NCBI RefSeq assembly: GCF_009914755.1
Contig: NC_060939.1
Source: the human T2T-CHM13v2.0 reference genome, Homo sapiens
Direction: 5' to 3' (one strand)
Length of the DNA stretch: 64,000 nucleotides
Part shown: positions 1 to 14,940 of the stretch, piece after piece
Position numbering within the stretch: the first letter of the stretch is position 1
Layout: each line of letters opens with the position of its first letter
Translations under genes and position numbers: made by a program
The notes under the pieces: model-generated
The model's input: only the letters and a program-made list of their open reading frames with translations
Told to the model about the DNA's origin: nothing
Database searches by the model: none

Positions 1-521
1 AGAGTACTGAGGGAGTTTAGGAAAAGGTTTTGGAGAGGAGGTGGCACTTAAGGTGTCTCTAGAGGGAAACAGTCTTAAGTTCCACAAGAACAGAGCAATA
101 GAACATATGGGGAAGTCGGTGTGTCTGGATAATATTAATAGTAAGCTAAGGGGCCCTGAAGGAAGCCTTGCTGGCAAGCCTGGAAATGGAGGCTTGGAGT
201 ATTTGATTTGATAAGCAGTGAAAAGGGAGTGATACAGCCTGTATACCTTCCCCAGTGCTGAGATTTTTCTGATACTGTGATGCCTGTTCAAATAAAGCAA
301 GTGCATCTTTTGCTGGTACTTGATGTTTTTGTTCTAAGAGCTTCAGTTATCATTATGAAAATGAACTTTTTGAGGGCTGGAATGAAGAAATTATAGGTGT
401 TTAGTAAATGAACTGAAAATGAAAGAGCATGAGTGAAAAGTAAATGAGAAGTAGATTGACTCAGAATGCCAACATTGACCTGAAAGAAGGTAGGGTACCA
501 GCAGTTTGGATGGGGTGATAC

Positions 522-3500
522 TTTTTTTTTTTTTTTTAATTTCTGCGATACATGTGCAGAACATGCAGGTTTGTTACATAGGTATACACGTGCCATGGTG
601 GTTTGCTGCACCCATCAACCCGTCATCTACATTAGGTATTTCTCCTAATGCTATCCCTTCCCTAATCTCCCACTCCCTGACAGGCCCTGGTGTGTGATGT
701 TCCCTTCCCTGTGTCCATGTGTTTTCATTGTTCAACTCCCACTTATGAATGAGAACATGCAGCATTTGGTTTTCTGTTCCTGTGTTAGTTTGCTGAAAAT
801 GATGGTTTCCAGCTTCATCCATGTCCCTGCAAAGGACATGAGTGCATCCTTTTTCTATGGCTGCATAGTGTTCCATGGTGTATCTGTGCCACATTTTCTT
901 CATCCAGTCTATCACTGATGGGCATTTGAGTTGGTTTCAAGTCTTTGCTATTGTGAATAGTGCTGCAGTAAACATGCATATGCATGTGTCTTTATAGTAG
1001 AATGATTTATAATCCTTTGGGTATATACCCAGTAATGGGATTGCTGGGCCAAATGGTATTTCTCTTTCTAGATCCTTGAGGAATCACCACACTGTCTTCC
1101 ACAATGGTTGAACTAATTTGCACTCCTACAAACAGTGTGAAAGTGTTCCTGTTTCTCCACATCCTCTCCAGCATCTGTTGTTTCCTGACCTTTTAATGAT
1201 CGCCACTCTAACTGGCATGAGATGGTATCTCATTTTGGTTTTGATTTGCATTTCTCTAATGACTAGTAATGATGAGCTTCTTTTCGTATGTTTGTTGGCC
1301 ACATAAATGTCTTCTTTTGAGAAGTGTCTGTTCATATCCCTCGCCCACTTTTTGATGGGGTTGTTTTTTTCTTCAAATTTATTTAAGTTCCTTGTAGATT
1401 CTGGATATTAGCCCTTTGTCAGATGGATAGGTTGCAAAAATTTTCTCCCATTCTGTAGGTTGCCTGTTCACTCTGATGATAGTTTCTTTTGCTGTGTAGA
1501 AGCTCTTTAGTTTAATTAGCTCCTATTTGTCAATTTTGGCTTTTGTTGCCATTGCTTTTGGTGTTTTAGTCATGAAGTCTTTGCCCATGCCTATGTCCTG
1601 AATGGTATTGCCTAGATGTTCTTCTAGTGTTTTTATGGTTTTAGGTCTTACATTTAAGTCTTTAATCCATCTTGAGTTAATTTTTGTATAAGGTGTAAGG
1701 AAGGGGTCCAGTTTTAGTTTTCTGCATATGACTAGCCAGTTTTCTGAACACCATTTATTAAATAGTGAATCATATTCCCATTGCTTGTTTTTGTCAGAGT
1801 TGTCAAAGATCAGATCGTTGTAGATGTGTGGTGTTATTTCTGAGCCCTCTGTTCTGTTCCATTGGTCTGTATATCTGTTTTGGTACCAGTACCATGCTGT
1901 TTTGGTTACTGTAGCCTTGTAGTATAGTTTGAAGTCAGGTAGCATGATGCCTCCAGCTTTTTTCTTTTTGGTTAGGATTGTCCTGGCTATACAGGCTCTT
2001 TATTGGTTCCATATGAAATTTAAAGTAGTTTTTTCTCACTCTGTGAAGAAAGTCAGTGGTAGCTTGATGGGGATAGCATTGAATCTCTAAATTACTTTGG
2101 GCAATATGGGCATTTTCACGATATTGATTCTTCCTATCCTTGAGCATGGAATGTTTTTCCATTTGTTTGTGTCCTCTCTTATTTCCTTGAGCAGTGGTAT
2201 GTAGTACTCCTTGAAGAGGTCCTTCACATCCCTTGTAAGTTGTATTCTTAGGTATTTTATTCTCTTAGTAGCAATTGTGAATGGGAGTTCACTCATGATT
2301 TGGCTTTCTGTTTGTCTGTTATTGGTGTTTAGAAATGCTTGTGATTTCTGCACATTGATTTTGTATCCTGAGACTTTGCTGAAGTTGCTTATCAGCTTAA
2401 GGAGATTTTGGGCTGAGATGACTGGGTTTTCTAAATATACAATCATGTCATCTGCAAACAGAGACAATTTGAATTCCTCTCTTCCTATTTGAATACGCTT
2501 TATTCTTTCTCTTGCTTGATTGGCCTGGCCAGAACCTCCAATACTATGTTGAATAGGAATGGTGAGAGAGGGCATCTTTGTCTTGTGCCAGTTTTCAAAG
2601 AGAATGCTTCCAGCTTTTGCCCATCTAGTATGATACTGGCTGTGGGTTTGTCATAAATAGCTCTTATTATTTTGAGATACGTTCCATCAATACCTAGTTT
2701 ATTGAGAGTTTTTAGCATGAAGGGGTGTTGAATTTTATCAAAGGCCTTTTCTGCATCTATTGAGATACTCGTGGTTTTTGTCATCGGTTCTGTTTATATG
2801 ATGTATATGTTTATATGACGTGTATTGATTTGCATATGTTGAACCAGCCTTGCATCCCAGGGGTGAAGCCGACTTGATTGTGGTAGATAAGCTTTTTGAT
2901 GTGCTGCTGGATTCGGTCTGCCAGTATTTTATTGAGGATTTTCATATCGATATTCAGGGATATTGGCCTGAAATTTTCTTTTTTTATTGTGTCTCTGCCA
3001 GGTTTTGGTATCAGAATGATGCTGGTCTCATAAAATGAGTTAGGGACGAGTCCCTCTTTTTCTGTTGTTTGGAATAGTTTCAGAAGGAATGGTATTAGTT
3101 CCTCTTTGTACCTTTGGTAGAATTCGGCTGTGAATTCGTCTGGTCCTGGGCTTTTTTTGGTTGGTAGGCTATTAATTACTGCCTCAATTTCAGAACTTGT
3201 TATTGGTCTATTCAGGGATTCGACTTCTTCCTGGTTTAGTGTTGGAAGGGGGTATGTGTCCAGGAATTTATCCATTTCTTCTAGATTTTCTAGTTTATTT
3301 GCATAGAGGTGTTTATGGTATTCTCTGATGGTAGTCTGTATTTCTGTGGGATCAGTGGTGATATCCCCTTTATCATTTTTATTGTGTGTGTTTGATTCTT
3401 TCCTCTTTTCTTTTTTGTTAGTCTGGCTAGCAGTCTATTTTGTTAATCTTTTCAAAAAACCAGCTCCTGGATTCATTGAGTTTTTGAAGGATTTTTCTTG

Positions 3501-3866
3501 TCTCTATCTCCTTCAGTTCTGGTCTGATCTTAGTTATTTCTTGCCTTCTGCTAGCTTTTGAATTTGTTTGCTCTTGCTTCTCTAGTTCTTTTAATTGTGA
3601 TGTTAGGGTGTCAATTTTAGATCTTTCCTGCTTTCTCCTGTGTGCATTTAGTGCTATAAATTTCCCTGTAAACACTGCTTTAGCTGTGTCCCAGAGATTC
3701 TGGTACATTGTGTCCTTGTTCTCATTGGTTTCAAAGAACCTCTTTATTTCTGCCTTTATTTTGTTATTTGCCCAGTAGTCATTCAGTAGCAGGTTGTTCA
3801 GTTTCCATGTAGTTGTGTGGTTTTGAGTGAGTTTCTTAATCCTGAGTTCTAATTTGATTGCACTAT
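522..3866 (-). mobile_element. 5'-truncated L1PA-type LINE-1 (~3.3 kb, L1PA7/8-like), ORF2 RT to 3'UTR, degenerate
   Basis: Minus-strand ORF fragments match L1 ORF2 ([38 protein letters not shown]). Poly(A) appears as a T-run at 522-537. Target-site duplication GGGTGATACTT at 513-523 and 3872-3882. Confidence 0.95.
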
Positions 3867-3950
3867 GGACTGGGTGATACTTCAAGGGACTATGCAGAAG
3901 CACTGATGGATTCATGGGATCCAATTCCAATTTTTTTTTTTTCTTTGCAG

Positions 3951-4038
3951 AATGTTCGCATCTTACCACATACAGTTCTTTACATGGCTGATTCAGAAAC
4001 TTTCATTAGTCTGGAAGAGTGTCGTGGCCATAAGAGAG
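3951..4038 (+). CDS. FBXO22: FBXO22 internal coding exon (exon 3 by my recollection), [29 protein letters not shown]
   Basis: T-rich tttgcag acceptor and G|gtaaat donor; 88 nt; peptide matches FBXO22; phase joins the next exon. Confidence 0.96.
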
Positions 4039-4857
4039 GTAAATATCAAAAGAAAAGCTTTTGCTTCTGTTTTTTTATCATGTGCCTTCCGTTCGGAGTT
4101 CAATATTATACTTGTCCTGAGAGTTAACTGACTTTCTGAGGCTCTGGGACTGCCACCTGTAGTATGCATCAATATATCTATCTTTGAACCTTGAGGAACC
4201 CTTTCTGCTTCAGATTGATTTCTAAACCTTGTAGTGCAATTGAAACAAATTCGTTAGAAAGGTGTTGTTCTCAATTTGAGATGCTTTAATTCTCCAGGCA
4301 CTTTTTATTATTAAAACAGGTTGTATGACTTGGCTATTCAGGCCTTTTACTGTATTGGAACATGAGGTCCCATTTACTAAAGTTATGTAGAGAAATGGTG
4401 CATTTTTGGCTTGCTGAGGGAAAAGGCAGAATGGGTATCCAAGATGCGCACACTCAGGTCCCAAGTTAGACTTAGATAATGGATTCTCATTGTCTAATTT
4501 GATCCAGGTGACTGTTGATGCAAATAGTAGTTATACTGCAATATCAGCTGAACAGAAAGGTACAATAGCAAGTCTAAAATTCAGCTGTTACTGCTAAATT
4601 TGACATCACTGGGGCAAAAGCAATATATGAACAGAGGGGAAAGGCAGACTAGTGGTGCAAAAGATCAGATTTATAATTTAAAAGCCAGGACCAAAACAGG
4701 TAAAGTGTTTGTTTTAATCAATGCTTTTAGACCTTTATTTAGAGCATTCTCGTGTTAAATGACTTAAATATTTCCAGTATTTGCTTTTTTACTTTTTCAT
4801 TCTCAGATTTGACTTTAAATGGATGATATTTATCATTTTGCTACTGTATTTTTACAG

Positions 4858-4953
4858 CAAGGAAAAGAACTAGTATGGAAACAGCACTTGCCCTTGAGAA
4901 GCTATTCCCCAAACAATGCCAAGTCCTTGGGATTGTGACCCCAGGAATTGTAG
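4858..4953 (+). CDS. FBXO22: FBXO22 coding exon, (A)[31 protein letters not shown]
   Basis: ttttacag acceptor, G|gtgaga donor, 96 nt, phase 1-1, contiguous peptide with neighbours. Confidence 0.96.
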
Positions 4954-5479
4954 GTGAGATAAATTAGCAACTTGATGATTTCTTCCTTGCATTAATGTGG
5001 GGTCCTTTGGATTGGTGAGTTATTTTTAGCTTAGAACCACATTTCTATTTCTGTCCATCTAAAATACAATAAAGTCAGTCATATTTACCATGGCATTATA
5101 TTTGCCTTATATTAATGTTTATTAAGTTATTGTACTTCTCATCTCAAGGTTACCTGTATAAATATCCAGTAGTCATTCATAAGAGGGGAATGATCTCATT
5201 CTGCCTTCCTCCAAATTAGGAAGTATTTGTGGGCATTTTCAGAGTTTTGTCAGTTCAAGCAGTATTGTGTTTGGTGGGTAGGGGTGAGATGGGGCTGGGA
5301 TTAGGAGCAAAGCTGGGCCTTACTAGGAGACTTCTGTTTCTCTGCTTTGGTACCACTCTTCAATGTTTACAGCATGAGGTTGTGCCCCTTTCCATGCTTG
5401 ATTGCTGCTGGTGAATTTTTGCTGGTTTTTATTATTTTTGATTCTTTTCTGTAGTTAACTGGGGGAGGAGAGATTCTGT

Positions 5480-6016
<537 letters not shown>

Positions 6017-6231
6017 TGCTGTTATGTTTTTTTGTTCCAACTCAGTAGTACTCTACTGAGAATTGTCATTTTTAATCTTCACTGAAAGATTTTTGATCTG
6101 AATTTGAGTCTTATACAGTGAGGTAAAAAGAATTTTACATGTTTACAAATGAATATTATTTGTTCAGTTGCTCTAGCTTTGGTTTCTAAAGGGCTTAACA
6201 TTTTTTTTAAAAAAGGAGTTTATTTCTTTTT

Positions 6232-6902
<671 letters not shown>

Positions 6903-7006
6903 TTAAGCACCACAGAGTTAACCACTCTTATGATGTTAACCTCTATTTATATATGTATGTAAATATAAAAAACCAGAATACAATTTTCTGTAGACTTGTA
7001 ACCTAC

Positions 7007-7378
7007 TGTGTTAGTCTACTAGGGCTACCATAACAAAATACCACAGACTGGGTGACTTAAACAACGGAAGCTTATTTTCTCACAGTTTGGGAGGCTAGAA
7101 GTCCAAGATCGGGGATGGTCTCTCTGAAGCTTACTTACAGCTGCTCTCTCACTGTGTTCTCATGTGGCCTTTTCTTCATACATAAGCATGCTTGGTGTCT
7201 CTTCCTCCTCTTCTCAGGACACTAGTCCTGTTGGATTAGGGTCCTACCCTTGTGACCTCATTTAATCTTAACTATCTCTTTAAAGGCCTTATCTCCAAAT
7301 ATAGTCACATGGAGGGTTAGGGCTTAAACATGAATTTGGGGTAGGCAGTAGGGAGGGAATGACACAGTTCAATCTGTA
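7007..7378. mobile_element. MaLR solo LTR (MLT1A/B/C-like)
   Basis: gctaccataacaaaataccacagactggg...tttattttctcacag...gaagtccaagatc is typical MLT1 text. Confidence 0.8.
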
Positions 7379-7972
7379 ATATCTACCTGTAAAATTCAGA
7401 GCATATTACAAACATATTTCCATGTCTATAAATATATATTTGTCATCATTTTAATGGCTATATTGTATGATACCAATGTAACTTTTAATCTGAATACCAG
7501 TGTGGGACATTCAGGTTTTTTCTTTTTATTTTCTATTTGAAATTATGTGATAAAATACTTGGGTATATATATACTTTATATAATTGTCAAATATTTTTAG
7601 GGTAAACTTAAAAATTGGAATTGCTGTGAAAGTGTATTTACTACCCCCCCAACTTTTTAATTTGAAAAATATGGAGAAGTTGAAAGAATAATAGAATAGC
7701 ATGATAAATACCCATATACCCTTTATCTAGTTTAGCAGTTGAAAAAATTTTGCAACATTTATTTTTTCTCACTTTGCTTATAAAAAATTTCTTTCTGAAC
7801 CATTTGAAAGTTAAATGGCAAACATCATGACACTACACCCTAAAACTGTCAAAGCTGAAAAACTTTTACTCAGATAGTGGCTTGTTAGCTTAATGATTAT
7901 CTTAGTGACCTAAACTGTAGTTATCTAGTTTTTACTGACTCTATTGGTGAAACTGTTTAACTTTTTCTCTAG

Positions 7973-8137
7973 TGACTCCAATGGGATCAGGTAGCAATCG
8001 ACCTCAGGAAATAGAAATTGGAGAATCTGGTTTTGCTTTATTATTCCCTCAAATTGAAGGAATAAAAATACAACCCTTTCATTTTATTAAGGATCCAAAG
8101 AATTTAACATTAGAAAGACATCAACTCACTGAAGTAG
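7973..8137 (+). CDS. FBXO22: FBXO22 coding exon, (V)[54 protein letters not shown]
   Basis: ttttctctag acceptor, G|gtaagt donor, 165 nt, matches ORF 7972..8178. Confidence 0.97.
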
Positions 8138-9257
8138 GTAAGTTACTTTTATTTATCATTAACTGCTCATTTTATTGATTAATTTTGTTTTCTTTTTAAT
8201 TCTGGCTAGTTGGTGGATATTAGGTTCCTTTGGGAGAATCTGAATTAAGTACACCTGTCACTGGAGATGTGGCTAATTCAAACAGGTGATTCACAGAGGC
8301 CAGTGTGATACATGTTTGGTAGAATTGATTTACTTTTTAAATTATTTTACTTGCATTAAAGCCCAAGAGAACCAGAGATGAAAAATTTTTCATAAATACT
8401 CTGTTGATGATAAACTTGTTTGTATTTAGTTCTGAATTTTAAGGAATTCTTGCTCTAATAGTTTATTTCATTTTGCTCTATTTTTGTTTTGTTAACCTTT
8501 TTTATTCTAGTAACAAGCATTTTAGAAGTTTTTAGAAGACGCGGGTTAGTTCTTTGTGAACTAATTAGAAAGATGGGAACAAGTAAAGTGACCCTGATGA
8601 GTCTTAGGAAATATATGAGTTAAGGCAAGTCTATCAAGCAAGGGGTGTGCTGGGAAACATCCTGCAGGTAGTGTGGATGGAGCCCTGAAGTGAATTTGAA
8701 GAGGTAAAGGGTTGGCTTAATGTCTAAGCTTGGATGGGAAAGCTTAACTTAATATAGTAAACAACAAATGAATTACTCAAGGAAAGCAGCGTTTAGCCTT
8801 TTATCTACATCTGCAGATGGACTGATTGAATTCACTTCATTCATTAAAAATCACTGTTGGCATAAAAACTATTCAGTGGTAACACCTCATTTTTGCATAG
8901 ATCAGCCAGCCTATAGAGATAAACCTCTGTTATTTGAAATGGGACTTAAACCAGCTGGAGTAAAAAATTGTGTAGCAGCAAAGGTAAAATTTGTTTTACT
9001 GATGAGGAAAAAAAGGGGGTATACACATTGAGACTAGTTTTTACAACTATCCCTGACAATGTGGAAAAAAAAAAAAAACTTGCAAGTCATTGGTGGATGG
9101 GAGGGGAAGCACAGAACAAGAGGCATTAGCAGCAAAGACTCAGCCGGGAACCTCTTAATAATGTGGAAGAGGGTGGTCAGGTCAAAGTAGATGGTGGAAA
9201 GTCTCAACAGCCAGCTCTGGTGTGACACAGGGTAGTGTAGCTATTAAGAATGCTGAC

Positions 9258-10200
9258 TTAGAAATGAAATCAGTATGTTGAAGAGATATCTGCACTCCCA
9301 TGTTTATTGCAGCACTGTTCACAATAGCTAGGATATGGAATTAACCTAAGTGTCCATTAGCTGATGGTGGATAAAGAAAATGTGGTATACATACATAATG
9401 AAATACTCTTCAGCCATAAAGGACATCCTGTCATTTGCACCAGCATGGATGAACCTGGAGGATGTTAAGTGAAATAAGCCAGGCCCAGAAAGACAAATAG
9501 TGCATGATCTCACTCATGTGTGGAATCTAAAAATGTTGCTCTCATAGAAATATAGAGTTGAATGGCAGGCACCAGGATCTGGGGTGGTTGGGAGGGGCTT
9601 TGGGGAGATGATGGTCAAAAGATACAAAATTCGTTTTGGAGGAATAAGTTCTTGAGGTCTGTTGTACAACATGGAGACTATAGTCAGTGACCATATATTC
9701 TTTTTTTTGTTTGTTTTGGAGACAGAGTCTCACTTTGTTGCCCAGGCTGGAGTGCGGTGGCATGATCTCAGCTCACTGCTACTTCTACTTCCTGGGTTCA
9801 AGGGTTCAAGTGATTGTCATGCCTCAGACTCCCGAGTAGCTGGGACTACATGCTGTATGCACCACCATGCCTGGCTAATTTTTTTTGTCTTTTTATTAGA
9901 GATAGGGTTTTACCATGTTAGCCAGGGTGGTCTCAAACTCCTGGCCTCAAGTGATCCACCTGCCTCGGCCTCCCAAAGTGCTGGGATTACAGGTGTGAGC
10001 CATCGTGCCTGGCCCATATACTATATTCTTGAAGAATGCTAAGAGAGTGACTGTTAAGTGTTCTTACTACAAAAATGGTAACTGTGAGATAATGCATATG
10101 TGAATTAGACTTAGCCCTTCCACAATGTATATATACTTCAAAACATGTTATACATTGATAAATACATACAATTTTATCTGTCAGTTAAAAAATAAATAGA
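9258..10200 (+). mobile_element. L1MA-type 3' end fragment interrupted by an antisense Alu (~9701-10014)
   Basis: gagatatctgcactcccatgtttattgcagcac and L1MA 3'UTR text. The Alu is flanked by a TATATTCTT repeat. Confidence 0.85.
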
Positions 10201-11233
10201 AGGTAGTCAACCTTAAAAGATTGCAGGCTTGTAGCTACTCTAGTTCTGCTACTTTCTGGCTCTCCAGTTAGGGCAAGTTTTTCAATTTTTCTAAACCTCC
10301 ATTTTCCTCATCTATAAAGTGGAAATAACTAACATTGAATTCACAGAATTGTGAAGATTAAATGAAATGACTTTCATAAAACGCTTAGCAACAGTAGATT
10401 GTAGCTAGATGCTAGTGTTGGCCTCCACCCTAGGCAGGCTTTACTATGTGTCACATGGGCCCTTCATCTGCAGTGTGGCCTTGTAGTTTGTGGGGGGAAT
10501 AGTAGGGTTCTAAGTGTCCTTAGCTCATTCAGAAGCCACATGCCAGAGGAGCATACATGTGTCTGGGCTTGAAGTGACAATTAACGATGGCCAATGTTTA
10601 TGGAGGTACTGTATGCCAGATACTGTGCTGCGCAGCACTTCTAATCTTCACCACAGCTTTGCCAGACAGAATTCTTTATGGAATATTTTTGATGAGGAAA
10701 CTGAACTTTAATGGCAGTAGAGAGTTAAGGCTCTTAGGGTATGTAAATAGCAGAGTTAGCAGAAATGTTAAAGCTATTCTAAATTAAGGATGCCAAACTT
10801 CCTTTGGGAAAAGGTCAGATAGTGCCCTTAAAACTGACCCATTGTTAAGTGTAAAGGCAAAATGAATTTTAGGAGCAAATGTGGCTATGTGCTGAGCTTA
10901 TGTGATTTTGTAATAACATAATGAGACTTGATATTGGTAGGCTAGCTGGAGCGAACAAAGTTCAGCAAACTAGGTCTTTTTCAGAGTTGGTCAGGTGGTT
11001 AGCAAATAGTAGGTCTGAAACTCAAAGGAATGGCTGTGGTCAGACATGTTGGTTTGAGAACCATTTTGTGTGTTGCCTGGCAGTCTGCCTGTAAAAGCAT
11101 CAAGTGTCATTGAAGGCCTTGGAGTAAGCCAGTCCAGGGCAACATAGCCCAGATTCTGGGAAGATTTATGGCAGCAAATTTAGTACAAGGAAGGAAGAAG
11201 ATGATCAATGTGTTGATGTTGACGAGATGACTA

Positions 11234-11589
<356 letters not shown>

Positions 11590-11672
11590 TTATTCAGCAT
11601 GTTAAAGGTGACATAACTGGATGTAGATTCTGTCTCAGTGACATTCCAGAAAAGGTATGAAGAATACATATA

Positions 11673-13069
11673 CAGTCATATGTTGCTTAATGACGGGGAT
11701 GAGTTCTGAGAAATGCATCTTTAGGCAATGTTGTTGTTGTGTGAATGTCATAGTACTTACACAGATCTAGATGTTACAGCCTACTATATGTGTAGGCTAT
11801 ACAGTGTAGCCTATTGCCCCTAGACTACAAACATGGACAGCATGTTACTGTACTGAATACTGTAGGCAGTTGTAACACAATGGTAAGTATTGGTGTATCT
11901 GAACATATCTAAACATTAAAAAGGTACAGTAAAAACATGGTATGAAAGACAGTATACCTCTATAGGGCACTTAACATGAATGGGACTTGCAAGACTAGAA
12001 GTTGGTGTGGGGTGAGTCAGTGAGTGGTGAGTGAATGTGAAGGCCTAGCCCTGTATACTACTATATAGTTTATAAACACTGTATGCTTAAGCTACATTAA
12101 ATTAATTGAAACATTTTTGTTTGGCCGGGCACAGTGGCTCATGCCTGTAATCCCAGCAGTTTGGGAGGTCCGAGGTAGGTGGATCCCTTGCGATCAGGAA
12201 TTTGAGACAAGCCTGGTCAACATGGTGAAACCCCATCTCTACTAAAAATACAAAAATTAGCTGGGCATAGTGGTGTGCGCCTGTAGTCCCAGCTACTGTA
12301 GGCTGAGGCAGGAGAATCGCTTGAATCTGGGAGGCAGAGGTTGTAGTAAGCCAAGATTACACCACTGCACTCCAGCCTGGGCGAAGCGAGACTCTATCTC
12401 AAAAAAATAAAATAAAATTGTTCTTTAATAATAAATTAACTTTAGCTAGACAAAAAAAATTTCCATTTATATCCTTATTCTGTAAGCTTTTCTCCACCTT
12501 TAATTTTTTTTTTAACTTTTTAAGCTTTTTGTTAAAAACTAAAACACAGTCACACACATTAGCCTAGGCCTATACAGAGTCAAGATAATATCACTGTCTT
12601 CCACCTCCACATCTCGTCCCACTGCAAGGTCTTCAGGGCAGTAATACATGTGGAGCTGTCATTTCCTATGACAACAGTGCCTCCTTCTGGAATACGTCCT
12701 GAAGGACCTGCCTGAGGCTGTTTTACAGTTAACTTTTTTTTTTTTTTAATAAGTAGGAGGGGTAACCTCTAAAATTACAATTAAAAGTATAGGATAGTAA
12801 ATCATAAGCCAGTAACATAGTCATTCATTGTCATTGCCAAGTATGCATTGTACGTGATTGTATGTGCTATACTTTTATACGACTGGCACTGCAATAGGCT
12901 TGTTTACAACAGCATCACCACAGACATTTGAGTAATGCGTTGTGCTACACATTAGGCAGTAGGAATTTTGTAGCTCTGTTAATCTTCTGGCACCACTGTT
13001 GCATATGCTTACTGTGCGTGTCACCACGCCTGGCTGTCCTTGACCAAAGTGTTATGTGGTGCTTGACTG
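11673..13069. mobile_element. Tigger3/MER7-type TcMar DNA transposon derivative, interrupted by an Alu (12123-12418, +)
   Basis: Termini ta|cagtcat... and ...tgactg. Internal text ttctgagaaatgcatc...aggctatacagtgtagcctattg is typical of Tigger3. Confidence 0.8.
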
Positions 13070-13099
13070 CATAATCATAACCCAAGTGAGTATGTGAGG

Positions 13100-14940
13100 T
13101 GTTCTGTGAGAGCAGAATGGGTAGATTGCTGTAGGGGTTCTGCCAGTGGGAGGGATCAAGGAGGCTTCCAGAAGCAGGTGGTATTTAAGCCCTTGAAGGA
13201 TGGGAAGCATATGAGAGATATGGATGAGTAATATCACTGGCTGAAGGAACATAGAAACACAGGCACAGAGCCAGGAAATCCCAGAGCATGTTGGAGAAAT
13301 AGTAATCATTTTGCAAGCAAAGGTTATGTGCAGGGAAGTCATGGGAACAAAGGGTGGGGCGCATTCAGGCCAGGCTAAAGAGTCTGGGCTTAGCTCCTGT
13401 ACACAGAAAATGGTAGCTGTTACTCAGATGTCATCGAGCAGAGGTGAATGTGGCCCTCCTGTGTGGGGAGACACTGGAAGCGGGAGACCACTTTAGAGTC
13501 CAGGCAAGAAATAACACTAGGGCATGAGGACTAGGGAATGAATTGGAGGAAATGAACAAATGATTAGATGTGAAAGAGAAGGGAAGCCTCAGTAATTACT
13601 TTTGAGTTTTGATCCTAGGAGACAAGGGTGATGGTGGTGCAGAGACCAGAAATAGGAACACTGGGACAGGAGGAGCGGGATTGGGAGAAGAAATTGGGAA
13701 AAATCAAACCCCATTAGAGATGCTTGTTTTGGCTGTTGATTCAGTGCTGCTGCTAAAGGTCATATGGCCAAACCTTTTGTGTGCTGCCTTTTTTGTCCAG
13801 AGAGGTGACATAGCTGTTTCCTGGGCAGTACTCTGTCCTCTGTCCACCTGAGCATCCTGGGAATCTTTGATGAGGCCCTGATATGTGGCACTGGTTGAAG
13901 CTAGGACCCTAGTTTTGTCAGTTTATAAGAGCCAAAATCTTGAGCAGCAGAAACCCTTTTGTGATAAAATTGCTATATTTGTTAGATCATATTTGCATTA
14001 TAGTGCCAAGTATAGGAATGAGAAAACTGGAAGGAAAAACAACCCCAGAATTATTGTGCTCTGTGAAGCTTTCTTATAGGTGTCCTTTCCTGAGCTGCTT
14101 GATGTCAGCAGTTTTGGCTTATTCCAAGGCATCATTTTCTTCTGGAAATTGAAGCTTTGCCCAGCTTAAAATGGCCATCTTCATTCTTTCACTTGCTATC
14201 TTGTGTCCTAATTTTAGGTAGAGTTGGCCTTCCATATCCATGGGTTCTGCATTCATGGATTCAGCTAACCACAGATCAAAAATATTTGAGGGAAGTGCAG
14301 CAAGAAGCCAGGTTTCTAAACACAGGAGTGGCATAATTTGATAGATCTTTTCAAAATAACACTCTTGCTATGATGTGGTGATCATTTTGGAGTACAAGAG
14401 TGGATGCAGGATTAGCTTGATTTAGCCATTCAGTAGTGTATATATATTTCAAAACACCATGTTGAACATGATAAATATATGCCTTTTAAATTTTTCAGTT
14501 AAAATAATTTTTTTTAAAAAGTATATGCAGGAGACACAGACTGTTGTAGTGGTTAAGGAAAGAGGAGATGGCAGCTTGGAGCAGGGCAGTGGTGAGTGGA
14601 GTTGAAGAGAAGTGAATGGATTCAAGATGAAGTTTGGGGCTGAATGGACAGGATGTGGTGACTGATGAGATGTTAGGTGTTGAGAATGAGGGAGGTGACA
14701 GCGATGTCATGCGGGTATGTGGCTAGCGCAGCTGTATAGTACCATTGACTAAGGTGAAGAAGATTTGAAGGTGCGGGTTGGAGGATCAGATTATCAGTTC
14801 TGTTTTGGACATGTTTGGAATTTGAGATGGAGATATTGATTATAGACAGTTGGATATGTTGGCCTGGAGCTCTAGAGAATGGTCTAGAGGAAAGATATTA
14901 ATTTGGGAATCATCAGGTAATTAATGGTGATTGAAGCAAA
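13100..14940. mobile_element. Fragmented L2 LINE remnants with a small MER8/Tigger2-like piece (~14220-14290) and an L1MA tail (~14410-14510)
   Basis: Purine-rich L2-like text (gagaagtgaatggattcaaga, agttctgttttggacatgtt); ccatgggttctgcattcatggattca resembles MER8. Confidence 0.55.

Noticed and set aside
288-3969. Many 60-180 aa ORFs including reverse-transcriptase motifs
   Set aside because: Frameshifted fragments of L1 ORF2 or their antisense frames; no intact retroelement or novel RT system.
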